Shown piece after piece: positions 18,644 through 29,413 of a DNA stretch of 64,000 nt; the first letter of the stretch is position 1; every line of letters starts with the position of its first letter. The notes under the pieces were generated by a model. The model was given only the letters and a program-made list of their open reading frames with translations, was not told where the DNA came from and made no database searches. A program made the translations under genes and the position numbers. The stretch comes from Bdellovibrionales bacterium. Lineage in GTDB: Bacteria > Bdellovibrionota > Bdellovibrionia > Bdellovibrionales > CAYMLA01. The stretch spans positions 128,001 to 192,000 of the forward strand of contig OZ244239.1 of assembly GCA_965217115.1 (NCBI GenBank), read 5' to 3'.

Positions 18644-20506
18644 CTATGGCTGACCTCGCCATACAATTTTTTCTGGCTTCTGAGTATAGGGCATATCCTT
18701 GTTATTTGAATTAAGAAGCTTTATGTGTGTATTAGCCCAGCGGGTGAGCGCTTGAGCTTCAGTCTTATTTACAGGGGCACTCATTCCAAGCTGTTTAAAG
18801 TCCCTGAGGGGAACTGATGTTCGAATATCACGGAAACAGGATTTTCTATACTTGTTTTTGTAGGGATCAATGTCCTCACATGATAATGTTTTGTCTTGCT
18901 GCTTGCAGGGTTCGGAAATCTCAGACTCTGCGCAGTGGAAACCACTTTTACGCCAGACTTTTAGTTTCAGAGAGACATCATTGCTTCCATGTTTGATGGC
19001 CCAAGTGGAATCAAAGAAAGTATCACCCTTTCTAAGAGAAATAGACGAAAAGACATCTGCTATATCCATTTCCTGTATATTGTTATCTATAAGCGTAGGA
19101 CTGTGGGATAGAATAAAACTTCTATAGACCGATGAAAGTAAGCTTCGGGAATAATTAATGGACTGCCCACAGTGAGAGCCTTGCTTTAACTTTATAGCTT
19201 GTATGTAAGGACTAGGAGATACGCTGAGGGTGTCCTCTAACTTACTCATGTTGTCTTTATAAAGAACGATAGGATCATCTATTGATCCTATCACAAGTGT
19301 TGGGACTTTATTGAAAAGGTGATAATTTAAGTAATTATTAGCTCTCCAAAATTTCTCGTCACTGTTAATCATAGTTCCGGAAAAAGGCGGAAGGCTCCAT
19401 TCAGGACCCTTCGTTTTATAATAATGGAGAGCCGCTTTGGCTATGGTACTGGAGATTTTTTTTGAGTTAATTCTATCAGGATTTGGAATCAATTCTCTGA
19501 GTATAGGAATAAAAGGATAGGCGTTCTTGAGAACCTTTTTTGTTAGATGATAGAAGACATTACGGCGATATTTCGTATGAAAAGATGTATTGAAGGTTTG
19601 TTTTAGGTCCACGACTGGGCATATAGCAGTAATACTGTTAATCTTTGGATATTTTGACAATCGATGGGAGCTGTAAATACCAGAAAAAAGAGCGCCGTGA
19701 GAGCCGAGACTGGCTGCAAAGATATGGAAACTAGAAACTCTTCTAGAGAGAGCTGAGTTATTATTGATGAGCTTAGCTGTACGCAATAATTGCATGCCTT
19801 CATCAAATCCGCCTAGAGCCATAGCGTGATTATCACGATGGGAGTGACCACCTGTACTGTTCCCTAAAAGTAATACGTTAAATGGAGATTCGTCAAAAAG
19901 ATGCATGAGATACATTCTACCTACATGACTATCATCTGAGTTACAGAAGATACCACATCGTATGATAACCATCGGTCGGGGAGACAAATCCTTTTTTAAA
20001 GCTAAGAAACCCCTCATAATGAAGCCGTCTTCTAAGGTGAGCTTCACTGGTTTTATACGTGGATGATTCTTAAAATTATAATGTACGTTTACAGTTTTAT
20101 ACAGAGTTATCAATTTATGATGGGGAAGTTGAAATAATTTTGAATGGCATCTGTTGAAGAATTCTTTAATAACCCTGTTAGTAGGTATGTCCCTATTCTT
20201 CACAATGGCATTTTCGAGTGCGTCAGATGAACATTGAGGGGAATCTCTCCAAATTGAGTTACCATTAAAGATGATCGACCCTTTCTTAGCTGGTTGAGGG
20301 TCCCAAGGCTCAATTTTTTCTAAGAGAAATTTATTAAGAACGCTTTTTATGACATCCTCTCTGGTGTCTGTGCTATCGATTTCCCCATCCAATACTTCTA
20401 ATTGTCTTGTGCTTATATTTTCAAAAGGATCTCTCTCAAGAGACCATGCAGAGAAGCATGATAATAAGACCATAATAAAAGAGATTAATATCGTTGATTT
20501 GATCAA
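18644..20506 (-). CDS. Secreted alpha/beta-hydrolase-fold protein with Cys-rich extensions
   Basis: Signal peptide; nucleophile-elbow-like AASLG, DDPIV and GSHCG in canonical Ser-Asp-His order. Confidence 0.6.
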   Translation of the reverse strand: MIKSTILISFIMVLLSCFSAWSLERDPFENISTRQLEVLDGEIDSTDTREDVIKSVLNKFLLEKIEPWDPQPAKKGSIIFNGNSIWRDSPQCSSDALENAIVKNRDIPTNRVIKEFFNRCHSKLFQLPHHKLITLYKTVNVHYNFKNHPRIKPVKLTLEDGFIMRGFLALKKDLSPRPMVIIRCGIFCNSDDSHVGRMYLMHLFDESPFNVLLLGNSTGGHSHRDNHAMALGGFDEGMQLLRTAKLINNNSALSRRVSSFHIFAASLGSHGALFSGIYSSHRLSKYPKINSITAICPVVDLKQTFNTSFHTKYRRNVFYHLTKKVLKNAYPFIPILRELIPNPDRINSKKISSTIAKAALHYYKTKGPEWSLPPFSGTMINSDEKFWRANNYLNYHLFNKVPTLVIGSIDDPIVLYKDNMSKLEDTLSVSPSPYIQAIKLKQGSHCGQSINYSRSLLSSVYRSFILSHSPTLIDNNIQEMDIADVFSSISLRKGDTFFDSTWAIKHGSNDVSLKLKVWRKSGFHCAESEISEPCKQQDKTLSCEDIDPYKNKYRKSCFRDIRTSVPLRDFKQLGMSAPVNKTEAQALTRWANTHIKLLNSNNKDMPYTQKPEKIVWRGQP

Positions 20507-20661
20507 ATATTCCTCCTGATTAAGGCAACATTGTAGAATGTGTGAAATGACTCCGCAATGTAGCTGTTTAAAATCCTAAATAACTCTATGAAGAATTTCA
20601 CTCGAGTCTAGGAGGAAATCTGGGGAAATACATGACGCTGCGCTGTATTTTCCCTAGTAAA

Positions 20662-21849
20662 TCAGCGTTTGATCCCCTTAGGGTCTATAGCATCCTGCAG
20701 ACCATCTCCTAGAAAGTTAAAGCTAATAACCAGAATCAATATAAGCACCCCTGGGATAATAGCCAAATGCGGGGCTTGATGGATAAGCTCTTGGGAATTG
20801 GTCAGCATATTTCCCCAACTAGGTGTGGGTGGTTGAATCCCTAGGCCAAGGAAACTTAAGGCTGCTTCGGCCAAAATAGATTCACCGATATTAAGAGTGA
20901 CAGCAACAAGTAGAGGAGCGATCACGTTGGGAATTATGTGATGTAGAATAATAACTCTATCCTTAGCGCCAAGGGTCTTAGCTGCGAGAATAAACTCACG
21001 TTCTCGTAGGGATAAGATGCTGCCTCTAACAAGTCGTGCAACGACCATCCATGAAAATGCACAGAGAATAAAAACAAGCTTAACAATGCTTTGATTTTCC
21101 CCACCAATCAGAGCATTGAGAAAGGGGACCTTGTTTAAATCAATGGCTGCAAGGACAATAAAAACAGGAATAGTTGGTAGGGCTAAAAGAGCATCTGTGA
21201 TCCTCATGAGTAAAATATCAATCACTCCACCATAGAAACCAGCGATGCTTCCAATAATAAGACCAATAAATGCAGCGGCAAAAGCGACAAGAAGTCCAAC
21301 AGTGATCGAGACTCGCGTGGCATAGATAAGGCGAATAAGAATATCTCTGCCGAGTTCGTCAGTTCCTAAGATATGAAAAGTTGTAAACCCCTTAATAAGA
21401 GCAGAGAATTCTCTAGCAGCTGGGGTGTTGAGTTTCTCTAAATAGCTCAGCGCTTTCCTACTTGTGACGTTCTGTCCAAGATCATAGAGAACATCTATAG
21501 ACTCTTCATTGGCCTCTAAAGGTATGGAGACCCTTGATGAGATGAGCTCCTGTGCCAGGATATTGGCAAGTTCTTCATTTTGTTCAATGAATCCTTCAAT
21601 GGCAGCTTCTTTGGAATCATTGGAAAATTCAATGGTTGTAAGCGGTGGAGCGTAACGATGGAAAACATTCTGACGATTGGGGTCTAAATTAGTTACTTCA
21701 GAGATGGCTGGAGCTAACAGGGCAACAATAACGAAAGAGAGAATAAGAACTAAGCCAATAACAGCGAGGCGATGTTCAAAAAATTGTGCGAGAACAATTT
21801 TCCACATGGGCTTTGCTGCGTCTATTTTATTGATATTTTGATCAGACAT
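20662..21849 (-). CDS. dppC: Peptide ABC transporter permease (DppC/OppC family) with a large loop insertion
   Basis: HILGTDELGRD, EFILAAKTLGA (EAA), HIIPN, LSFLGLGIQPPTPSWG; start ATG 21849. Confidence 0.88.
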   Translation of the reverse strand: MSDQNINKIDAAKPMWKIVLAQFFEHRLAVIGLVLILSFVIVALLAPAISEVTNLDPNRQNVFHRYAPPLTTIEFSNDSKEAAIEGFIEQNEELANILAQELISSRVSIPLEANEESIDVLYDLGQNVTSRKALSYLEKLNTPAAREFSALIKGFTTFHILGTDELGRDILIRLIYATRVSITVGLLVAFAAAFIGLIIGSIAGFYGGVIDILLMRITDALLALPTIPVFIVLAAIDLNKVPFLNALIGGENQSIVKLVFILCAFSWMVVARLVRGSILSLREREFILAAKTLGAKDRVIILHHIIPNVIAPLLVAVTLNIGESILAEAALSFLGLGIQPPTPSWGNMLTNSQELIHQAPHLAIIPGVLILILVISFNFLGDGLQDAIDPKGIKR

Positions 21850-21861
21850 ATTTAAGTGCAC

Positions 21862-22830
21862 CTATTTGTAAGTAATTCGAGGGTCAGCGAAGCCATAGAG
21901 TATATCAGCAATGAGATTCATAAATAAAACCATGACAATGGAGATCATAAAAGAAACCATGGCCATGTTAAAATCACTGGCTATCACCGAATCAAAAACT
22001 AATTTTCCTACACCCTGATAGGCAAAAACAGTTTCAGTCAAGATAGCTCCTGAAAAGATAGAAGAGACACTCAGTGCCACAACAGTGATCAACGGCAGAA
22101 GAGCATTACGGAAGCCGTGTTGTGTAACTACGACCCAGTAGTCTAAGCCTTTGGAGAAAGCGGTACGAATGTAATCATTTCTCATGGCCTCCTGCATAGA
22201 ACTTCTTGTGAAACGAACATAACGTCCAATCTGCAATGTGGCTAAAGAGATTGTCGGCAAAATAAGATATTTAAGACGATCAATCAAGGTTTCCCAATCG
22301 TTCATTTGCGTATCCACCGTATTAGTTCCACCGGCTGGAAAGAGAGGTATCCACACGGCAAAGAAAATAATAAGCATAATAGCTAGTGCAAAAGAAGGGA
22401 TAGAAATACCTGCAAATGCTCCTAAGTTAATAAGATAATCTATCTTAGAACCACTTTTTAGAGCTGAGATGATTCCTAAAGGAATTGCGACAATAAGAGA
22501 GAGGGCCAAAGCTGCAATGGAAAGAAAGAAAGTATTGATTAACCTTGGCCCAATGATTTGAGTCACGGGAACCTTATAGGTTCTTGAATAACCCAAATCT
22601 CCTTGGGCTACATCTGAAATCCAATGCCAATAACGAACATAGGATGGCTGGTCTAAGCCATAGAGTTTTTTAAGACGGGCAATATCTTCTGTTGTGATTT
22701 TAGGGTTAGCGCTAATCATAATATCTACGGGGTCACCTGGCATCAATGTCATCAGATAGAAGACAAAATAAGACAGAATAAGAGTCACAACCAGTGTTTG
22801 TAAGAGACGCCTGATAATAAACGTAGACAT
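21862..22830 (-). CDS. dppB: Peptide ABC transporter permease (DppB/OppB family)
   Basis: PGDP, GDLGYS, DYIRTAFSKGL, RNALLP, ETVF...GVG, DPRI. Confidence 0.9.
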   Translation of the reverse strand: MSTFIIRRLLQTLVVTLILSYFVFYLMTLMPGDPVDIMISANPKITTEDIARLKKLYGLDQPSYVRYWHWISDVAQGDLGYSRTYKVPVTQIIGPRLINTFFLSIAALALSLIVAIPLGIISALKSGSKIDYLINLGAFAGISIPSFALAIMLIIFFAVWIPLFPAGGTNTVDTQMNDWETLIDRLKYLILPTISLATLQIGRYVRFTRSSMQEAMRNDYIRTAFSKGLDYWVVVTQHGFRNALLPLITVVALSVSSIFSGAILTETVFAYQGVGKLVFDSVIASDFNMAMVSFMISIVMVLFMNLIADILYGFADPRITYK

Positions 22831-22864
22831 AAATCAATACTCCCTAGTTATTCTTTATTCACGA

Positions 22865-24556
22865 TTAATTTAAAGTCCATTCCTCAACATGGTTAGTTGA
22901 TGAAAACTGATGCCCTGGTAACTTGTAATTTATTAAATTAGTCGGTGTTACTGAGACGTCAGATCGGTAGTAAAGAGGAATCACAGGAACTTCGTTTGTG
23001 TAATAATAAAGAATTTTATGCACGAGCTTGGTTCTCTTTGCTCCATCAAATTCCACATCTAAGTCATCAATGAGCTTATCGACGTTTTTATTCACCCAGC
23101 CAGGATAATTCTGTCCAGAGAAGCCATTGGATTTCCTAGAGATGCTTTTACTGTGCATATTAGAACGGGGATTATTCTCAGGAGAGCTAATCCAGGCGTA
23201 CATGGCCATAGCAGAAAATTTTCTTTTACGAGTGGTTTCACCAAAGTAGACACGAGCAGGTTGGTTTTTAATCTCTATATCAATACCAATGCTCTTCCAC
23301 TGATTTTGTAGGAAAGCTTCAACCAATTCGCGAACTTTATTACCAGCAGTGGTCATTAGGGTGAACTTTAATTTCTTCCCGTTTTTATACAGAAAGCCAT
23401 CCTTGTTTTTCTTCCAACCAGAGGCTTTAAGAAGTTTCTTTGCTTTGCGACGGCTGTATTTGTAGATAACAATCTTATCAGGATTATCTGTGTACCACGG
23501 GTCCATGGGCGCTACGTTATGGAGGGCTGGTTTTTGTCTGGCATCGAAGAGAGCTCTGGTTAGCTCTTTGCGATTAATAGCATAGACAAGTGCTTTGCGA
23601 ACATTGATGTCTTTTAATAATTCATTATCTAGATTAAGATCGATATGCTCATAAACTAAACTGTCTTTAAAATTAACATCGTATGGCAGTGAAGTGCCCT
23701 TTACTTTTTTCTCAAAGGCAAGGGCCTGATCAAAGCTCAGTCCAAGTACAGAGATCATATCTATCGTACCAGAACGAAGGTTTGCCTCCAAGGTGCTCGT
23801 GTTAGGGATCAATTTTAAAATAATTTTCTGTATTTTAGGTTTCTCACCATAAAAGTGCTTATTAGGCACAACGGTGACATGGCTTCCTAATTTGATTTCC
23901 TTAATGCGATAGGGACCGTTGTACAAGCCTGGATTAGTAGGATTCTTAGAGTAATTTGAATTTTTCTCATAGCCTTCTTTTTGATGGCCGTATTTATCAA
24001 AAGGGGCTTTCTCTAAATGCATGGGTAGAATATAGAAGGTTGCAATCCTATTAAAGTCCCATTTCGCTTTTTCATAGGAGAAGGTGCACTTCTTGGGGTT
24101 ATTAGAAGGCCATGTGATTTTTTCGATTTGGGAATACACTTCTTTCTCACCAATGGAGACATTGGAGCTTAGAGCCACTTTCCATGAGAACTTAATGTCA
24201 GCACAGGTGACATCTTTACCATCCCCCCATTTAGCGTCGGAGCGTATCTCCCAAAGAGCAGATATTTTTTTGTTTGGACTCTTACCGATAAATTTAGCTC
24301 GACCGTTTTTAAAAGTAGGAATGACCGTGGTTAGGTGAGGAGTCCATTCACCATTTTCATTGAGAGTGAGAAGGTTGCGTCCAACTATTTTGTATATGTA
24401 AGAAGTCGCTAGCATGGACATAATCAAAGGATTGAGATTTTCAAATTCTTGTGTCATTCCAATCTTAAGCACCTTGTTCGTTGGAGCAGAAAAAGAAGAG
24501 GGCAAGAAATTTAAGAAGACTGCTATTGTCATAAAAACTTGTAGAATACCTTTCAT
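22865..24556 (-). CDS. dppA: Peptide ABC transporter substrate-binding protein (family 5)
   Basis: Signal peptide; KWGDG..VT..DIKFSW, GPYRI, VRKAL..AINR, PVIPLYY. Confidence 0.88.
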   Translation of the reverse strand: MKGILQVFMTIAVFLNFLPSSFSAPTNKVLKIGMTQEFENLNPLIMSMLATSYIYKIVGRNLLTLNENGEWTPHLTTVIPTFKNGRAKFIGKSPNKKISALWEIRSDAKWGDGKDVTCADIKFSWKVALSSNVSIGEKEVYSQIEKITWPSNNPKKCTFSYEKAKWDFNRIATFYILPMHLEKAPFDKYGHQKEGYEKNSNYSKNPTNPGLYNGPYRIKEIKLGSHVTVVPNKHFYGEKPKIQKIILKLIPNTSTLEANLRSGTIDMISVLGLSFDQALAFEKKVKGTSLPYDVNFKDSLVYEHIDLNLDNELLKDINVRKALVYAINRKELTRALFDARQKPALHNVAPMDPWYTDNPDKIVIYKYSRRKAKKLLKASGWKKNKDGFLYKNGKKLKFTLMTTAGNKVRELVEAFLQNQWKSIGIDIEIKNQPARVYFGETTRKRKFSAMAMYAWISSPENNPRSNMHSKSISRKSNGFSGQNYPGWVNKNVDKLIDDLDVEFDGAKRTKLVHKILYYYTNEVPVIPLYYRSDVSVTPTNLINYKLPGHQFSSTNHVEEWTLN

Positions 24557-25539
24557 TTTAAAACTCCTTTATTTTGCCAGCACGCAACTTGGTGCTTTTG
24601 ATTATTTATAAGACCCATTAAAGGGGGTGCCTCTTTAGTGCATTGATCGGTTGTGTGTGGGCACCTAGGATGGAAGGCGCAACCGGAGGGAGGATTTATT
24701 GGACTGGGAACTTCTCCAGAGAGTGATTTCTTAATCTGCTTCTTGCCTTCTCCCACCTTTGGAATAGCGTTTAACAGAGCTTGGGTGTAGGGATGTTGGG
24801 GATTCTCAAAGAGTTCCTTTTTGTTAGAGACTTCAACGATTTTTCCCAAATACATCACAGCGATACGATCACAGATATGTTCGACGACGGAGAGATCATG
24901 GGAGATAAAAATGTAAGTTAAATCAAGTTTCTCCTGTAAGTCCATCATAAGATTAAGTATTTGTGCTTGAATAGAGACATCCAGGGCGCTGACGGGTTCA
25001 TCGGCAATGACCAGTTCTGGCTGCAGAGCAATCGTGCGAGCAATACTGATTCGCTGACGTTGTCCCCCTGAAAATTCATGGGGGTAGCGATTAAGTTGAG
25101 AGGGGTTTAAACCAACTTCTTGCAAAAGAGATTCTATTTTTTCGACTCGTTCAGAGTTTTTTAGAGAATAGTGAACTTTGTAGGGTTCCGAAAGAATCTG
25201 TGCAATGGTCATTCGTGGATCTAAAGAGGCAAACGGATCTTGAAAAATCATTTGTATCTCTCTGCGCTTTTCTCTAAGAGAGCGGCCTTTAAGATTGAGG
25301 AAATTCTCATTCTTAAAAGTGATCTTTCCTGCTGTTGGTTCGTAGAGGCGGATCAGCGTGCGGCCAAAAGTGGACTTGCCACAGCCACTTTCACCGACGA
25401 GGCCAAGGGTCTCTCCTTTATGAACAGTCAGAGATACACCATCAACAGCCTTAACATGAGCGACTGTCTTTGATAAGAGGCCTCTCTTAATAGGAAAGTG
25501 CTTTTTTATATTCTCTGCATGTAGAACGACTTGCTTCAT
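24553..25539 (-). CDS. dppF: Peptide ABC transporter ATPase
   Basis: GESGCGKST, FSGGQRQR, DEPVSALD, C-terminal GCAFHPRC. Confidence 0.9.
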   Translation of the reverse strand: MKQVVLHAENIKKHFPIKRGLLSKTVAHVKAVDGVSLTVHKGETLGLVGESGCGKSTFGRTLIRLYEPTAGKITFKNENFLNLKGRSLREKRREIQMIFQDPFASLDPRMTIAQILSEPYKVHYSLKNSERVEKIESLLQEVGLNPSQLNRYPHEFSGGQRQRISIARTIALQPELVIADEPVSALDVSIQAQILNLMMDLQEKLDLTYIFISHDLSVVEHICDRIAVMYLGKIVEVSNKKELFENPQHPYTQALLNAIPKVGEGKKQIKKSLSGEVPSPINPPSGCAFHPRCPHTTDQCTKEAPPLMGLINNQKHQVACWQNKGVLK

Positions 25540-25554
25540 TGTATTAGTATCCTA

Positions 25555-26520
25555 TTAACCGTATTGATTGTGGCAAGCGACAGAGTGTTGAAGTGATATC
25601 TTCTCCATGGCCGGTAATTGGAGACATTCTTCGCTGACCCGTTCACAACGATTTTGAAAGGCGCACCCCTGGGGAAGCTCAAAAGGAGAGGGGACACTTC
25701 CTTCTATTGTTGGTAGACGTGTCAGCTTACGACCAATTTGTGGAATAGAATTAATAAGAGCTCTGGTATACGGGTGCCTGGGATTAGAGAAGAGTTCATC
25801 TGTGGGTACAATTTCACAGGGACGTCCTGCGTACATAACTATCACGCGATCAGAAACTTCTGAAATAACACCAAGGTCATGGGTGATAAATTGCACGGTC
25901 ATATTAAGTTTTTTTTGTAATGCTTGAATAATTTCAAGAATCTGGGCTTGAATTGTAACATCTAGAGCCGTTGTTGGTTCATCGGCAATAAGAAAATCAG
26001 GTTTACAACTGAGGGCCATGGCAATCATGGCTCTCTGTCTCATACCACCACTGAGTTGATGGGGGTAAGAGTGGTAACGTTCTTCTGGGGCAGGAATACC
26101 GACCATGTCGAGCATCTCGACAGCTCTTTTCTTAGACTCCTCTTGGTTAACCTCCATATGTTTCATGATCTGTTCATCCATTTGATGACCAACGGTGAGA
26201 ACGGGGTTAAGAGCAGTCATGGGTTCTTGAAAGATCATGGCTATTTTATGTCCTCGGAGTTTTTGCATCTGCTTTTCACTAGTTTGGACAAGATCCTGTC
26301 CCTGGAAAATAATTTTACCTTGAGAGATGTGACCAGGTTTTTCAAGCAAGCCCATAATAGAGTAGGAAGTGACTGATTTTCCGCAGCCACTTTCACCAAC
26401 AATACCCAGGGTCTCCCCCCTGTAAATATCATAGGATAAATCATTAACAGCCTTAACGGGTCCTCGTTTTGTTGGAAAGGTTGTGATGAGATTTTGAACT
26501 GAAAGTAAAACTTCTGGCAC
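25555..26520 (-). CDS. dppD: Peptide ABC transporter ATPase (start GTG 26520)
   Basis: GESGCGKS, LSGGMRQR, DEPTTALDVTIQAQI; GAGG RBS upstream of GTG. Confidence 0.9.
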   Translation of the reverse strand: MPEVLLSVQNLITTFPTKRGPVKAVNDLSYDIYRGETLGIVGESGCGKSVTSYSIMGLLEKPGHISQGKIIFQGQDLVQTSEKQMQKLRGHKIAMIFQEPMTALNPVLTVGHQMDEQIMKHMEVNQEESKKRAVEMLDMVGIPAPEERYHSYPHQLSGGMRQRAMIAMALSCKPDFLIADEPTTALDVTIQAQILEIIQALQKKLNMTVQFITHDLGVISEVSDRVIVMYAGRPCEIVPTDELFSNPRHPYTRALINSIPQIGRKLTRLPTIEGSVPSPFELPQGCAFQNRCERVSEECLQLPAMEKISLQHSVACHNQYG

Positions 26521-26764
26521 CAAATAACCTCTAGTAAAAACAACAAGATAGCCTACAGGACTATGCCACAAGCTCCCTGTGGGGGAAAGAAAAAACGGGG
26601 GGATTTTTTTTTAGACAGTGATTAACACAAAGCGCAATGGTTGAGTTCAGAGCGAAGCCAACACCGGCATCTTAAACTACTTCTCTATTCTTTAGCCCGC
26701 GTATCCCTTTGGTTGCACCCCTTCTCTGCGGGCAACCCATCAAGCCAAATCTGCTATTTATTTC

Positions 26765-27784
26765 TCAGCCCAGAGGTTTTTGTGAAAGAAAGGAGAGAAG
26801 CTTTTGTCCAGCGTCGGCAAGAGCTTGGCCGATGATTTTAGAGAGCTTGTCGCCAAGGTTCTTCTCAGGGCTGTATTTAATAGAATAGATGTTACAATCT
26901 TGGCTTTTTCCGAGAAGATAGTCATCACTGGTTTGTATTTTATCGACGAGCTTAAGATCGAGGGCTTGGCTACCGTACCAGTACTCCCCAGTGGAAATTT
27001 TTTGAATATCAGTCTTGGGTCTGAGGCGATGAACATGGGTCTTAAAAAGTTGATGTGTCTCTTCTAACTGTTCAATAAATTTTTTACGACCTTCTTCAGT
27101 GTTTTCTCCAAGCATGGTCATGGTGCGCTTGTATTCTCCTGCAGTGAGAATCTCTACATCGACGTGGTTTTTCTTTAGAAGCTTGTGGATATTAGGGATC
27201 TGCGCAACAACTCCAACGCTGCCAACAATGGCAAAAGGAGCACTGAGAATCTGTTCAGCCACACACGCCATCATATAACCTCCGCTGGCGGCAATTTTAT
27301 CGACACAGGCAGTGATTGGGATATTCTTTTCTCGCAGACGTTCTAACTGTGAGGCTGCTAAACCGTAGCCATGGACAACTCCACCAGGGCTCTCTATGTT
27401 TACAACCACCTCATCTTGTGGAGAGGCAACGGTGAGAATAGCAGTGATCTCTTCCCGGAGGGAGTCTGTAGCTGAAGCTTTCATATCTCCCTCAAAATCA
27501 AGAACAAAAACTCTGGGTTTCTCTGATTGTGAGGACTTCTTTTTCTTCCCATCTTTTTTCTGTTTTTTCTTCTCTGTTTTTTGCTCTTTTTTAGTGAGCA
27601 ACTTATTTTTCATGGCCTTCTTAATAGAGTTTAATTTTTCATTGAGATGATCAATTTTTAAGTCAGCTTTTTGTTTGTTCTTGGCAATAAGAGAGAAGAA
27701 AAAGCCCATAATTATGAGAATAGCAATAACGATGAGGATAACTTGAGCCGAAAACATGCCGAGTTGTTGTAACCATTGAATCAT
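26765..27784 (-). CDS. sohB: Inner-membrane S49 peptidase SohB
   Basis: N-terminal TM helix; SPGGVVHGYGLAASQL, VDKIAASGGYMMAC, AGEYKRT. Confidence 0.93.
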   Translation of the reverse strand: MIQWLQQLGMFSAQVILIVIAILIIMGFFFSLIAKNKQKADLKIDHLNEKLNSIKKAMKNKLLTKKEQKTEKKKQKKDGKKKKSSQSEKPRVFVLDFEGDMKASATDSLREEITAILTVASPQDEVVVNIESPGGVVHGYGLAASQLERLREKNIPITACVDKIAASGGYMMACVAEQILSAPFAIVGSVGVVAQIPNIHKLLKKNHVDVEILTAGEYKRTMTMLGENTEEGRKKFIEQLEETHQLFKTHVHRLRPKTDIQKISTGEYWYGSQALDLKLVDKIQTSDDYLLGKSQDCNIYSIKYSPEKNLGDKLSKIIGQALADAGQKLLSFLSQKPLG

Positions 27785-27941
27785 TTATCTCCACCTTTAC
27801 TGTCTGTTTGAGAAGTGTTTAGTATGGGGTTTTAACCTAAGTTCTGCTGTCTGGTCGAGTGTTTTTGGTCTAGGATTGATAATTGCTGCGGTGAATCTCT
27901 TAAAATCTAGGTTATAATACGACTAGAAGTAAATTTATTCT

Positions 27942-28457
27942 GTGAGGTCATATATTATGACAAAGAGATTTCCTTTAGTAATGATATTCCCCTTGGTGAT
28001 AGGCTTTTATGTTCAAGTCGTAGCCAAGTCTTCAGAGGCCACTCATTCAAAATGGCAAGAAGAAGTGACTAGTTTATTACATCGCTCTAATCTCAGAGTG
28101 AAGGCTTATTATAAGAAGAAGCAAGATGACTTACTTTACAACGAGAGGAGGTTACGCGGAGCTGGAAGCCTAAAAGAGAAGAGAGAGAAAGAGAATGTCA
28201 GAAGAGAGGAGGGTCGTAAAAAATATGCTTCTGAACAAGAGGGCAAGTCTTGGCAGAAACTAAAACTTGATGGGCAGAGACACTCCGATTATCTTTTATC
28301 TGTGGAAATAGAGAAAAAACGAAGGTACGCTTTGCAGGAAGAATATGCAGAGAGAAAAAAATATGTGTCCTCTACTTTAAAGGAAAGAAATAAAATTATT
28401 CCTTCTGGTGATGAATTTAATCTAAATTCCAATTGGAGTTCTAAAGCTGCTGAATGA
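27942..28457 (+). CDS. Hypothetical exported charged coiled-coil protein
   Basis: N-terminal hydrophobic segment followed by K/E/R-rich helices. Confidence 0.55.
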   Translation: MRSYIMTKRFPLVMIFPLVIGFYVQVVAKSSEATHSKWQEEVTSLLHRSNLRVKAYYKKKQDDLLYNERRLRGAGSLKEKREKENVRREEGRKKYASEQEGKSWQKLKLDGQRHSDYLLSVEIEKKRRYALQEEYAERKKYVSSTLKERNKIIPSGDEFNLNSNWSSKAAE

Positions 28458-28537
28458 TGACTTCGATACCCCTATAAAATATTGAAAAGCTGTCTTATCA
28501 AGTGCATTCAACTTAAATAATTAGGGGATGATTTTAG

Positions 28538-29386
28538 TTATTTTTTTTGGTCTAATGTCTTTTTCGTAGGAGATTCATTTAAAAATTGATTGAGGCTAAG
28601 GCCTGTGAATTTCTTAATACCAGAGAACAGATGCCAGAGTATAAATATCATAGCGATAAACGAAGGTAGCATTATCACAATAATACTTTGCCACTGCATA
28701 TCAGCAATTTGTTTATTAAGTATAATCTCCCGGGCTTGCTGTTCTAAGCTAAGGTCAATATCGATGAATATTTTTCTGGCAAGATAGTAGTTAAGGACCG
28801 CACTGAGGAAAAAGGAGGCTGAAAGAAAGAAGGTGGAAAACTTCAAGTGTTCCTTGAAGTCTTCCGTCGAATTTTTCTCTTTAATCTTCTCTTGAATAAG
28901 GTCTAAATTCATTACCACTGGATTAAAGATAAGCACCTGAATAAAAGGTTTTTTCGTGTAGGCAGAAATAAATATGAAAACACCAATGAAAGAGGGAAAA
29001 GCCGCCTCTTTAACGGCAAACCAAATACCCTGAAGTCCAAGAACGACTAGGCCTCCAGTGAAGAGAATATTTAAAAAACCAAGGACTGATATGAAATTAC
29101 GCTTTTTTAGTTTAAAAAAATCGTAAAGCCCATAACCTAAAGGGAGGCTTAGAGCTATAATCAGGGCAATTAGAGGGCCCTCTGAGCCGAGGCGAGTGGA
29201 GAGTTTATCTAGAATAATAACAGGCAAAAGAATATTAATGAGGATGTTTAGAAAGACCCCCTGGGCTTTTTCAGTAGAGTCCTTCTGTGGAGCTTTTGAA
29301 AGGGTTTTTTGAGAGATTTCTGATTGTACAATATTAGGATCATCATTCATGGGCATCATGATGAGACTCGATGGAGGCGTTGTCAA
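28538..29386 (-). CDS. VC0807-family (IspZ-like) membrane protein; start uncertain
   Basis: NILINILLPVIILDKLS, ALSLPLGYG, WFAVKEAAFP, SFFLSAVLNY.LA. Confidence 0.75.
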   Translation of the reverse strand: MTTPPSSLIMMPMNDDPNIVQSEISQKTLSKAPQKDSTEKAQGVFLNILINILLPVIILDKLSTRLGSEGPLIALIIALSLPLGYGLYDFFKLKKRNFISVLGFLNILFTGGLVVLGLQGIWFAVKEAAFPSFIGVFIFISAYTKKPFIQVLIFNPVVMNLDLIQEKIKEKNSTEDFKEHLKFSTFFLSASFFLSAVLNYYLARKIFIDIDLSLEQQAREIILNKQIADMQWQSIIVIMLPSFIAMIFILWHLFSGIKKFTGLSLNQFLNESPTKKTLDQKK

Positions 29387-29413
29387 TGGGGGGTGAATTA
29401 AATTGCTAAGATT

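Noticed and set aside
26620..26760. GC-richer intergenic stretch before dppD with alternative pairings (GGTTGC/GCAACC, GCCCGC/GCGGGC) as a riboswitch
   Set aside because: No recognisable aptamer consensus (GEMM, SAM, TPP, cobalamin); the stems are short and could be a sohB terminator or chance.
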